Shown: positions 52,112-60,185 of the stretch, piece by piece
Layout of the letters: every line of letters begins with the position of its first letter
Numbering within the stretch: position 1 is the first letter of the stretch
From: an uncultured Gammaproteobacteria bacterium
GTDB taxonomy: Bacteria > Pseudomonadota > Gammaproteobacteria > DRLM01
Direction: 5' to 3'
Assembly (NCBI GenBank): GCA_963729605.1
Contig: CAVSNY010000007.1
Location: 352,001-416,000, forward strand
DNA length: 64,000 nucleotides
Translations under genes and position numbers: made by a program
The notes under the pieces: generated by a model
What the model saw: the letters and a program-made list of their open reading frames with translations, nothing else
Told to the model about the DNA's origin: nothing
The model's database searches: none

Positions 52112-52263
52112 TTGCTCTCTCCTTGTGTCAAGGTAAGAAACTACGTCGGGAAGCAGCGAGGACAGCGTTTAAGCCTCGGAGCAGTAATTATAGCGATCCG
52201 CGTGAAAGCCAGCCGTTTGGCGCCCATCGTGGACTTCACCGGCCCGCCAAAGGCGAGTTCGGC

Positions 52264-52388
52264 GCAGCTCGGTAGGACGAATGCGTGCAACGCGATCCGT
52301 CGAATGTGAGGGCCGCGTGGTTGCATTCCTAATCTATCCTGCCAAAGCCATGCGGCGGAACGCCCTTTGGGCTTCCGCCCTACGAGCT
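52264..52388 (+). repeat. REPIN copy A (about 125 bp)
   Basis: GCAGCTCGGTAG...TTCCGCCCTACGAGCT; direct repeat of 54304-54426. Confidence 0.9.
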
Positions 52389-52389
52389 C

Positions 52390-53301
52390 TTAGAACGGGA
52401 CGTCGGGTTCCGTTGAGTTCTCCAAGTCAACCAAGTAGATGATCTGAGACGCGCAGACTGCCAGAATGTACTCGGTGACTTCCAGGGTTGCCTTTCCGCC
52501 GCTTGCTCCGCCGTGCCCGACTCCGTCGCCACCACTGCGAAAAGCATAGACACCAGTGAGTGTTTGGCAGATTGCTTTTGGTACCGCAACCTCACTTGTC
52601 GAGCCCAGCCACCGCACAAGATCTCCTAGCGTCGAAGCCTTCGCCACAGGGAAAAGCAGTTTGCCTGCGGCTTCGACAGCGCACACTGCCTCTTTCACTG
52701 CGTTCTCATAGTCAGGGCTCGATGGGTGACGAAAGAACTGAAGAGCCTTGTCGAAGTGCTTTCGGGCGCTCAGCAATCGGGAGTCACCGAGAACTACTTG
52801 TGACCTGGCAACTAGTTCAACTGTGTGCCTCCGCCCGCGCCTTCGAACCACTCCATCTGTGAACTCGTATGCGAGGCCTTCTTCAAGGAACAGCCTCTGA
52901 AGTTCGGCCGCGATGTATGACTGCATGTCTCCACGAGCGACCTGGACGTTGTAGTTGCCGTATTGATCTTCGTGCCCAAGCTCCTTGGGCAGATGGGCGT
53001 ACAGACGCTCGCAGAAGTCATAGACCTTCGCCCAGTCGATGCTTTCGAGCGCAGCTTCGGCGTCAGCTCTGGCCTGCTTAAGACTCGACAGCGATGATGG
53101 GTCATAGGTAGTGAGTGGTAGCCGACCGATGCGATTCAGCTCCCGCGCGGCCACTGTCCAGTCGGGCAAGTATCGACGGTCAACGAGGTCAAACAGCAGA
53201 TGTAGCAGGCCACTCCTCGCCGAGCGAGGAAAGTCGGCATCAATCTGCCGGTACCGCCCCTTAGTTCGAGCCGAGAACGGAGGTTGTGGTGGTGAGGTCA
53301 T
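52390..53301 (-). CDS. cassette protein, AbiJ-NTD4-like N-terminus + HEPN/Abi-C-like C-terminus
   Basis: FSAR...QIDADFP; HFDKAL...DYENAVKEAVCAVE...TLGD...RSGGDGVGH (family recalled from motif pattern). Confidence 0.6.
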   Translation of the reverse strand: MTSPPQPPFSARTKGRYRQIDADFPRSARSGLLHLLFDLVDRRYLPDWTVAARELNRIGRLPLTTYDPSSLSSLKQARADAEAALESIDWAKVYDFCERLYAHLPKELGHEDQYGNYNVQVARGDMQSYIAAELQRLFLEEGLAYEFTDGVVRRRGRRHTVELVARSQVVLGDSRLLSARKHFDKALQFFRHPSSPDYENAVKEAVCAVEAAGKLLFPVAKASTLGDLVRWLGSTSEVAVPKAICQTLTGVYAFRSGGDGVGHGGASGGKATLEVTEYILAVCASQIIYLVDLENSTEPDVPF

Positions 53302-53311
53302 AGGTTCTGCG

Positions 53312-53344
53312 GCCTAACGTTTCGAGTGAATGCGATTGTTATGC
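53312..53344 (-). other. collapsed 33-bp attC
   Basis: GCATAAC-AATCGCATTCACTCGAAAC-GTTAGGC. Confidence 0.75.
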
Positions 53345-53345
53345 G

Positions 53346-54086
53346 TCATTTGCTCACCTGTCGAAGCTTTTCGGCCAATTTTCTGACCATTACCTCGATG
53401 CCTTCGCCGTTCGGCAAGTACTTCAAAATGCGGTGGTGCGCCATATCAAACGGAACATCATCGAGTGACTGGGAAATCGGAATCACATGTTTGCCGAGAG
53501 TGTGGGCGATGCCAGTCTCGTACATCACGTTGGGGTTCTTTCCTGTGAAGTCTACTACTACCACGTGAGTCCTGAAGATCAGGTTGAAGATATCTTGAAT
53601 AACCGTGCTCTCTTCCCATATGTCGTCGACCCGAAGACACCGATATCCAGCCGCGCTGCAAGCGCGGCGAATTCCTTCATGCACCGTATTGAATGCTGCA
53701 TTGAATGGCATCATGACTGCCACCAAGTCGGTTTCGATAGCTGTGTTCTCAGGAACCTGAAAAACGTTTGGAGCGAAGGTAATCTTGCGCTCTGATGGTT
53801 TGGCGGAGATGAACTGGCTTTCTTCCGGGTATTTCTCTGCCACGTGTTTCTCAAAGATCGCGAAAGCTTTCTCGTCTTGCTCGGCAATGCGCTTAATTAT
53901 CGTGAGTGCGTTCCCTGCGTAGTCCTCGTCGCCCCAAGAGAGACTCCGCAAAAGGCGGGGGTGCCTTGAAATTAGCTCGGAATATCCAGTAAGAAGACCA
54001 ACTTCTTCCCAGTCTCCGGCGTCAAAATCCGCGACCACACGTTCCCGTAATGCGAGGATTCTTTTCCCAAGATCGTAACCTACCAT
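53346..54086 (-). CDS. cassette protein, AbiJ-NTD-like N-terminus + nucleoside deoxyribosyltransferase/TIR-like domain
   Basis: HPRLLRSLSWGDEDY; VMMPF...RVDD...DFTGKNPNVMYETGIAH...PFD. Confidence 0.7.
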   Translation of the reverse strand: MVGYDLGKRILALRERVVADFDAGDWEEVGLLTGYSELISRHPRLLRSLSWGDEDYAGNALTIIKRIAEQDEKAFAIFEKHVAEKYPEESQFISAKPSERKITFAPNVFQVPENTAIETDLVAVMMPFNAAFNTVHEGIRRACSAAGYRCLRVDDIWEESTVIQDIFNLIFRTHVVVVDFTGKNPNVMYETGIAHTLGKHVIPISQSLDDVPFDMAHHRILKYLPNGEGIEVMVRKLAEKLRQVSK

Positions 54087-54104
54087 TGCGTTGACCTATT
54101 TAGC

Positions 54105-54135
54105 GCATAGCTTAAAGTAGACATCCTAATTGACG
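54105..54135 (-). other. attI-like site #2
   Basis: TGTCTAC-TTTAA-GCTATGC; about 190 bp near-identical to 60062-60253. Confidence 0.75.
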
Positions 54136-54233
54136 CCTTATAAAGCGTCATCACGTGTTCTAAATCTTTTCCCATGGTAAAAGTGTCCTGTACTATCAGC
54201 AAGAAAATAAAATTTAGGGTGTGCTAATTAGAA

Positions 54234-54308
54234 ATGGCTAATACGGCAGATCATCCACCCAAGCTGCTCGATCAGGTGCGGGCGAAGATTCGCCTTAAGC
54301 ATTGCAGC
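54234..54308 (+). pseudogene. intI: integron integrase 5' stub #2
   Basis: [23 protein letters not shown] then REPIN sequence. Confidence 0.85.
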
Positions 54309-54426
54309 TCGGTAGGGCGGATGCGTGCAGCACGATCCGCCGGATGTGAGCGCCGCGGCTGCATTCCTAACCTATCCTGCCAAAGCCATGCGGCGGAACG
54401 CCCTTTGGGCTTCCGCCCTACGATCT
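54304..54426 (+). repeat. REPIN copy B
   Basis: GCAGCTCGGTAGGGCGGATGCG...TTCCGCCCTACGATCT. Confidence 0.9.
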
Positions 54427-54429
54427 ACA

Positions 54430-54498
54430 GCCTCAAGCGCCGATGAGCTGTGCCGAAGCGCGCAGCGCGGAGGCGTCCGCTCTATTGGCTGGTTAAGC
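54430..54498 (-). other. attC site (degenerate R')
   Basis: minus strand GCTTAAC-CAGCC-AATAGAGC...GCTCATC...TTGAGGC; R'' contains the NYN stop. Confidence 0.7.
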
Positions 54499-55287
54499 AT
54501 CTGCTCGGGCCCGGACGTACAGTACCTTATGGTTGGATCCCGGTGCTGCGCGCTCTTCTGTGAGAAACAGATCTGGGCGCCCTTTCACTAGATCGGACAA
54601 TTTTTTATAGCCGTAAAGCCTTGAGTCGAAGTCTGGCTGAATCTTTTGCAGGTAGCTACCAAATGTTGCAAGGTGCGACCATCCGGTGTCGTCTACCGAT
54701 TTATCCAGGGCCTCCATTAGGAATTCTCGTGGGAATTCTGTCTGTACTTCCGGTGCTGGCTTCTGCGTTTCGACTCGCGCTTCTTCTTGCTTTTTGACCT
54801 TGCCGGAAGATTTCTTTACTTCGACTTTGGTTGTCGTTTGCAGCACTTCAGTGAATACGAACTTGTGGCACGCATTCCGAAATGCTTCCGGTGTCTTCCT
54901 TTCTCCGAATCCGTACACCAGAAGCCCTTCTTCGCGAAGCCTTACCGCGAGTCCTGTGAAATCACTGTCACTCGTTACAAGACAGAACCCGTCAAATCGC
55001 CGGGTGTATAAAAGGTCCATTGCGTCGATGATCATCGTACTATCGGTCGCGTTCTTGCCGGTTGTATATGCGAACTGCTGGACCGGCTTTATGGAATGCT
55101 TGTTTAGGCATTTCTTCCAAGACGCGCTGGTAGGCACGGTGAAGTCGCCGTAGATTCTTTTAACAGTGGCTTCGCCGAATCGAGCTACCTCCTCAAGGAG
55201 GGCTTCGATCACTGCCGCCTGTGCGTTGTCGGCATCGATTAACACAGCAAGGCGCTTCAGAGTCACGTCGGATTGCTGGTGTTCCAT
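54493..55287 (-). CDS. NYN-domain protein with OST-HTH/LOTUS C-terminus (cassette)
   Basis: LIDADN, KRIYGD, GKNATD, SDSDF, FDSRLYGYKKLSDL. Confidence 0.9.
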   Translation of the reverse strand: MEHQQSDVTLKRLAVLIDADNAQAAVIEALLEEVARFGEATVKRIYGDFTVPTSASWKKCLNKHSIKPVQQFAYTTGKNATDSTMIIDAMDLLYTRRFDGFCLVTSDSDFTGLAVRLREEGLLVYGFGERKTPEAFRNACHKFVFTEVLQTTTKVEVKKSSGKVKKQEEARVETQKPAPEVQTEFPREFLMEALDKSVDDTGWSHLATFGSYLQKIQPDFDSRLYGYKKLSDLVKGRPDLFLTEERAAPGSNHKVLYVRARADA

Positions 55288-55480
55288 ACGCGTTTTCCTC
55301 TAATTCAGATGCCTAACGTAAAGTTAAAAAGCGATAAATAAGGCTGCCCCCGTTTTGTGCCGAGTATTGAAACAAATCCCATCCGGCGCAATACGCACTA
55401 CGCACGCTGGCTAAGAGTTGCCTCATCCGTCGTCGCGGAAGGGGGGGCGGGCCTCTGCACCGTTTCCGTCAAACGCCATA

Positions 55481-56551
55481 TTACGGCGTCAGCGCGAGGA
55501 ACAAGAAGGCCGCGAAGATCACCAAATGAACGGCGCCCTGCATCATGTTGGTCCGGCCGGTGCCCAGCGCGATTGCGCCGACCACGAAGCTCAGCGTCAG
55601 CAGCACGATATCCTTCGGCTCGAGGCCGAGCAGCAGCGGCATATCGAACCACACGGAGACGGTCACCACCACCGGGATGGTGAGTCCGATGCTCGCCAGC
55701 GCGGAGCCCAGCGCGAGATTGAGGCTGGTCTGCAGGCGGTTGGCCAGCGCCGCCCGCACCGCGGCCCAGCTCTCGGGCATCAGGACGATCATGGCGATGA
55801 CGATGCCGATCACCGTCTGCGGCGCGCCAGCCGCCGACACCACCGCCTCGATGCTCGGCGACAGCGCCTTGGCAAGGCCCACCACGCTGACCAGCGATAC
55901 CACGAGCAGCGCGAAGCTCCCCCAGCTTTTCGCGAGCGAAGGCGGGGGCGCGTGCGCCTCCTCGTTCGAACGATCGGCCGCCGGCAGGAAGAAGTCGCGA
56001 TGCCGCACCGTCTGGAAGAAGATGAACACGCACCACAGCACCAGCGAAGAACAGGCCACGAACGCGAGCTGTGACGTCGAGTAGCTGCCGCCCGGTGTGC
56101 TGGTGGTGAACACCGGCATCACCAGCGACAGCGTGGCCAGTGCCACCAGGGCCGCGAACGCGGGCCCCGTGCCCTCGATGCGGAACGACTGCTGGTGATG
56201 ACGCAGCCCGCCGAGCAGCAGACAGATGCCGACCACGCCGTTGCAGATGATCATGATGGTCGCGAAGATGGTGTCGCGCGCGAGCGGTGCTTTCTCCGGC
56301 CCGCCGGCCAGCATGATCGACACGATGAGCGCGACCTCGATCACGGAGATGGCGAGGGCGAGCACCAGCGTGCCGAAAGGCTCGCCCACGCGATGGGCCA
56401 CGACCTCGGCGTGATGCACCGCGGCGATGACGGCGGCGACGAGCGCCGCGGCCGCGGCGGCGGTGAGGAGGGTGTCCATGGGCAGCCAGAGCGTCATCGC
56501 CAGCAGGGCCGCGGCGACAGGCGGAACGGCGTAGGGCCAGAATTTCATCAT
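55481..56551 (-). CDS. Ca2+/H+ antiporter (ChaA/CaCA family)
   Basis: HAEVVAHRVGEPFGTLVL, LMPE, NLALGS. Confidence 0.85.
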   Translation of the reverse strand: MMKFWPYAVPPVAAALLAMTLWLPMDTLLTAAAAAALVAAVIAAVHHAEVVAHRVGEPFGTLVLALAISVIEVALIVSIMLAGGPEKAPLARDTIFATIMIICNGVVGICLLLGGLRHHQQSFRIEGTGPAFAALVALATLSLVMPVFTTSTPGGSYSTSQLAFVACSSLVLWCVFIFFQTVRHRDFFLPAADRSNEEAHAPPPSLAKSWGSFALLVVSLVSVVGLAKALSPSIEAVVSAAGAPQTVIGIVIAMIVLMPESWAAVRAALANRLQTSLNLALGSALASIGLTIPVVVTVSVWFDMPLLLGLEPKDIVLLTLSFVVGAIALGTGRTNMMQGAVHLVIFAAFLFLALTP

Positions 56552-56764
56552 TGACCGGCTTTCGGTGCTAAAAGGCCAAGCCGGGCTCGCGGCCCGGCGG
56601 AGTTGATACGAGTACGGCGCAGAGACATGGTTGGTAACGTTATTGTTGGTGATGCCGGTAATAGTTGTATCACACTTGGCGGCGTCGATGCCGGGCAATG
56701 CGCAATGAGCGGCATCTTCCTCAGGCGGTCTTGCCGTGGCGAGCCTCGTTTGCCGCGGCCGGCG

Positions 56765-57241
56765 CTACGGTTTCGGTGTGTCGACGATGTCCACCACCAG
56801 CGCGCGCACCTTGGCCCCGCTGGTATTCTCCCACCAATGGGTGACGCCGGTCTTCTCGAATGCGACATCGCCGACTACGCGCGTGATCGGACTGGCAGCG
56901 TCGTTGCGGTGCTCGACGATCTCGCCCTCCAGGATATAGGCGGCGCCGGGTCGGGCGTCGTGCTGATGCACGGCGATGACGCCGCCCGGCAATATCGTGA
57001 TCTCCCGCACCCGCAGCTCTTTGCCCTCCATCCCGGCGAATTCGGATGCGAGCGCCACGCCGCCGAGGCGGACGACCGAGGCGATGCCGGTGTTCTGCGT
57101 GGGGCCTTGCGCCGCCTGCTCTTGCGCTATCGCCCTTTCCCCTGCGGGGACCACGCCTTTGTCCTCGTGGGCGTACGCCGTACCGCACGCCAAGCAGAGG
57201 CTCAGCGATAAGAGCATCCTGAAACCGTTATCGAACGCCAT
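56765..57241 (-). CDS. secreted cupin-domain protein
   Basis: PGG...HQH...YILEG, HWWEN. Confidence 0.8.
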   Translation of the reverse strand: MAFDNGFRMLLSLSLCLACGTAYAHEDKGVVPAGERAIAQEQAAQGPTQNTGIASVVRLGGVALASEFAGMEGKELRVREITILPGGVIAVHQHDARPGAAYILEGEIVEHRNDAASPITRVVGDVAFEKTGVTHWWENTSGAKVRALVVDIVDTPKP

Positions 57242-57355
57242 GAATATTTCCTTGCTTAAAGTCCATTATTGGCCGCGCATCACCGCCCCCCCGATCCACT
57301 TCACGCTGGGGGCGTCCTGCCCAGACCCGATGGTTCGCCTTCTGACACAAAAATT

Positions 57356-57514
57356 GGGACAGATTTATTTTATGCCCAGTCAATCACAAACTCTACGCAT
57401 TTGGCGCAGCTTTTCGCGGGCCTATCGGATCCGCGCTTTTCAATCCGCCTTCTACTATTTCCTCCACCTTGCCTACGAAAGATACTCTTCCAAAGAGACG
57501 AATAAATCTGTCCC
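57356..57514. mobile_element. MITE-like element copy 1
   Basis: 14-bp TIR GGGACAGATTTATT/AATAAATCTGTCCC. Confidence 0.7.
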
Positions 57515-57551
57515 CCATTTTGCTCTGGCCCACTGTCGCGATTTAATGCTG

Positions 57552-57785
57552 CTACTTCCGTGTTGGCATTGCCTCCTGGGCTCCCTGGTACCAAGTCCGC
57601 ACCAGAGCAAGAAGCGCCGAACCAGTAACCATGCCCAGGAAGTAGACGCCGAAGAGGAGTATAGAGAGGGGCAATGTTAGCGACGCGGTAGCGAAGTTTA
57701 CGGTAACGCTTTCGATGTTTTGAACCTTAAACATCGCGACCACCAGCGTAACCCCAAGAATTAACGCAAGATATAAGTAACGCAT
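57552..57785 (-). CDS. LapA/DUF1049-family small membrane protein
   Basis: AGGAG RBS; QN...V.V.F...LPL...G pattern, two TMs. Confidence 0.75.
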   Translation of the reverse strand: MRYLYLALILGVTLVVAMFKVQNIESVTVNFATASLTLPLSILLFGVYFLGMVTGSALLALVRTWYQGAQEAMPTRK

Positions 57786-57815
57786 TTCGAAGATCTCCTT
57801 CTCTATACAAAAATT

Positions 57816-57983
57816 GGGACACACAAAAATTAGGGGGGCCTCAGATTTATTTTATTCTATCGTCAATCACAAACTACTACGCATTTGGCGCAGCCTTTTG
57901 CGGCCTGCCGGGTGCGCGCTTCCTACTATCTTCCACCTTGCCCACGAAAGATGCTCCTTCAAAGAGATAAATAAATCTGTCCC
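57816..57983. mobile_element. MITE-like element copy 2
   Basis: Diverged direct repeat of 57356-57514; right TIR intact, left TIR rearranged. Confidence 0.65.
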
Positions 57984-58015
57984 GGGTTTTTTCGCGGCTG
58001 CATGGCGCGCGTCCG

Positions 58016-58189
58016 AGCCCGCGTAGGGCGCAATAACCGAAGGGCATTGCGCCGAATGTTAATCGTCTACACCATACTGCCCTCTTCACCGCCAGCTCAA
58101 TCGAGCGGATACACGCCTTATGGCATCAGTGTATCGTGACAATCGACATCCTGCGCAATGCCCTTCGGTTATTGCGCCCTACGCGGGCT
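58016..58189. repeat. REPIN doublet
   Basis: Inverted AGCCCGCGTAGGGCGCAATAACCGAAGGGCATTGCGC units. Confidence 0.9.
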
Positions 58190-58946
58190 ATCGCTCCTCA
58201 TTTATCGAATTTGATATGGAACTTAAACTGAGAGCATTGTTTTTGCGTTGAGCTACTGCGACAAGGAATAGGAAAGTCACTGCTACGCCCACAAGCGCTG
58301 CAGGAATACTTTTAGAGGCAGCGCTCATAGCCGATGCCGATGGGCCCGACATTATCAAGGCCGTGACGAAGGCGATTAACCATGCAAAAAGAAATCCCGC
58401 AAATTGTGCGCCCCGCGTGATATTGAATCGTTTCACGAAGAGCAAGGCAACCAAATAAAAAATTAGCGTGGCAGGAAGTAATTCGGCAGCCAGCATCACC
58501 GCGGCCATATAGTTAATCCGCGTGGCGGGTTGTGGATTAACATTGCTAGGCGGTTCTGGGGAGGTATTAACAAGTAACTTTGTTTCGGCGTCGAACGAAG
58601 CTCGCATGGCTTTTTGTTCGCCAAGAGGGACGCAGGGCGCAATGAAGTCTTCAAAGTACTTATTGCGGAGAATCTCCTTTTGTTCGGTGGACAATGCTTG
58701 CACGGTGGGCAATCTAACTACGCCTTCCCAGTTGTCGGGAAAGTCAGTTGCTGTTTTGGCTCGTAGTCCTTCTTTGCATTGCATATAGGCGGCGTGTGCT
58801 TCTAACGTTCTGAATTTGAATTGCTCGCCATATGCCATGTCCGGAGTCACGAAAGCAACTGTCCAAATAATGGCAACAGCAATCTTGACGACATCCACAG
58901 AAGATGAGTCGATCCATCGACGCCTTTGGTTGTATATCTGATTCAT
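58188..58946 (-). CDS. cassette hypothetical membrane protein
   Basis: GGAGG RBS just after attC; low GC; several TMs. Confidence 0.7.
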   Translation of the reverse strand: MNQIYNQRRRWIDSSSVDVVKIAVAIIWTVAFVTPDMAYGEQFKFRTLEAHAAYMQCKEGLRAKTATDFPDNWEGVVRLPTVQALSTEQKEILRNKYFEDFIAPCVPLGEQKAMRASFDAETKLLVNTSPEPPSNVNPQPATRINYMAAVMLAAELLPATLIFYLVALLFVKRFNITRGAQFAGFLFAWLIAFVTALIMSGPSASAMSAASKSIPAALVGVAVTFLFLVAVAQRKNNALSLSSISNSINEER

Positions 58947-58961
58947 GGTAGCCTCCAAAAC

Positions 58962-59033
58962 CCCTAATGACAAAGCTCACCTGCCGCGCAGGAGCGCAGC
59001 GACGGAGAGGTCAGGTGAAGTGCCGTATTAGGC
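58962..59033 (-). other. attC site with AAT/ATT cores
   Basis: minus strand GCCTAAT-ACGGC-ACTTCACC...GGTGAGC-TTTGTC-ATTAGGG. Confidence 0.8.
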
Positions 59034-59903
59034 TTAGAATTCAGCTTCTGACAACCCAAACGTTTGCATGTTGCCATTTTGCACCTTATATAAAGTCATC
59101 GTGATATTGCTGTATTGAACACCGTCGTGTGTCTGTATTTCTTCAAGAGCAAATGCTTCCGAGCGTGCGAGTCCACCATTGTTCAAATCTCGATAGCGAA
59201 TGTCATAGTTTCCCGCAGCAACCTTGTTCAAGGTAAAACTATCAAATGCAGGGATGTAAAATTGGCGGACTGGATAAGCCTCAGCACTGCCCAACGATAC
59301 TAGCTTCACAAATACGTCAGAATCATTACGGCTGTTATCTATCTTTACTGTCGAGAGACCATCCGCGTGAAGTTTTTTATAGCCTTTGATATAGCCAGCA
59401 GATGTAGGCCAAGGCTGCCCATTTGGCGCTGTATATGGCCTTACGTATTCTTGTCGAACTGGTGCTGGCTCTGCATTGTAAGGTTTTGGGCCGGGTGGTG
59501 GCAGACTTGGATTGTCGGTTGCCCAGACCCATAAAAAGAAAACAGCTATTCCATATAGAGCCCAGTATCTGAAAATGTGAGCAAGGATTCCCCCAGTATT
59601 TTTTGGAAGAGGTGGTTGAGTCGGCGTGGTCTGTGGCGCTGGGCCTGATTTTCTATTGGTGTTATCCGTTTGAGCTCCACCTAACTCTTGTTGCGCTATC
59701 CATTGATCATGCTCCTTGCGTTTACCTGGGTCTGACAGCGCCTCATATGAGGCATTTATTATTGCCATAATACGAGCTGCTTCTGCGTTGCCTTGGTTTT
59801 TATCAGGGTGATACTTCTGAGATAACGTTTTGTATGCGGCGCGAATGACCTCAATTGGGGCGTTACGCGCGACTTTAAGATTGTCATAATGTGTGCGAAT
59901 CAT
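59034..59903 (-). CDS. J-domain membrane protein (cassette)
   Basis: THYDNL...AY...YHPD...YEALSDP, one TM, beta-rich C-terminal domain. Confidence 0.85.
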   Translation of the reverse strand: MIRTHYDNLKVARNAPIEVIRAAYKTLSQKYHPDKNQGNAEAARIMAIINASYEALSDPGKRKEHDQWIAQQELGGAQTDNTNRKSGPAPQTTPTQPPLPKNTGGILAHIFRYWALYGIAVFFLWVWATDNPSLPPPGPKPYNAEPAPVRQEYVRPYTAPNGQPWPTSAGYIKGYKKLHADGLSTVKIDNSRNDSDVFVKLVSLGSAEAYPVRQFYIPAFDSFTLNKVAAGNYDIRYRDLNNGGLARSEAFALEEIQTHDGVQYSNITMTLYKVQNGNMQTFGLSEAEF

Positions 59904-60046
59904 TCGACTGCCAGTTGCGTGTTGATAGTGTGTTCGTGCCCGCTCTTTTTCTTTCTCACTTGATGCGCAAAAAAATAAATACCACAATCACATCTCATTG
60001 CTGACGGTGAATTTATCAAACCGCAATGTGGGCACACTATGCTCAT
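59900..60046 (-). CDS. 48-aa zinc-ribbon peptide or frameshifted N-terminus of the J protein
   Basis: MSIVCPHCG...CDCG; its TGA overlaps the ATG of the J-domain ORF. Confidence 0.5.
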   Translation of the reverse strand: MSIVCPHCGLINSPSAMRCDCGIYFFAHQVRKKKSGHEHTINTQLAVE

Positions 60047-60056
60047 TTCTTGTCAA

Positions 60057-60085
60057 GCCTAACTTAAAGTAGACATCCTAATTAA
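60057..60085 (-). other. attI-like site #3
   Basis: TGTCTAC-TTTAA-GTTAGGC; the first cassette ends with the complementary AAGCCTAA. Confidence 0.8.
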
Positions 60086-60185
60086 CGCCTTATAAGGCGT
60101 CATCACGTGTTCTGAATTTTTCCCCATGGTAAAAGTATCCTTTAGTCTCAGCAAGAGAATAAAATTTAGGGCGCCCTAATTAGAA

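Noticed and set aside
54188-54203. LexA box upstream of intI stub (CTGTACTATCAGCAAG)
   Set aside because: Right half-site is AAG rather than CAG, and the site is not conserved in the 60 kb copy or stub #1.
55311-55340. A fourth attI upstream of the NYN cassette
   Set aside because: Lacks the TGTCTAC box and any intI stub; fits better as the L'/R' half of a truncated attC.
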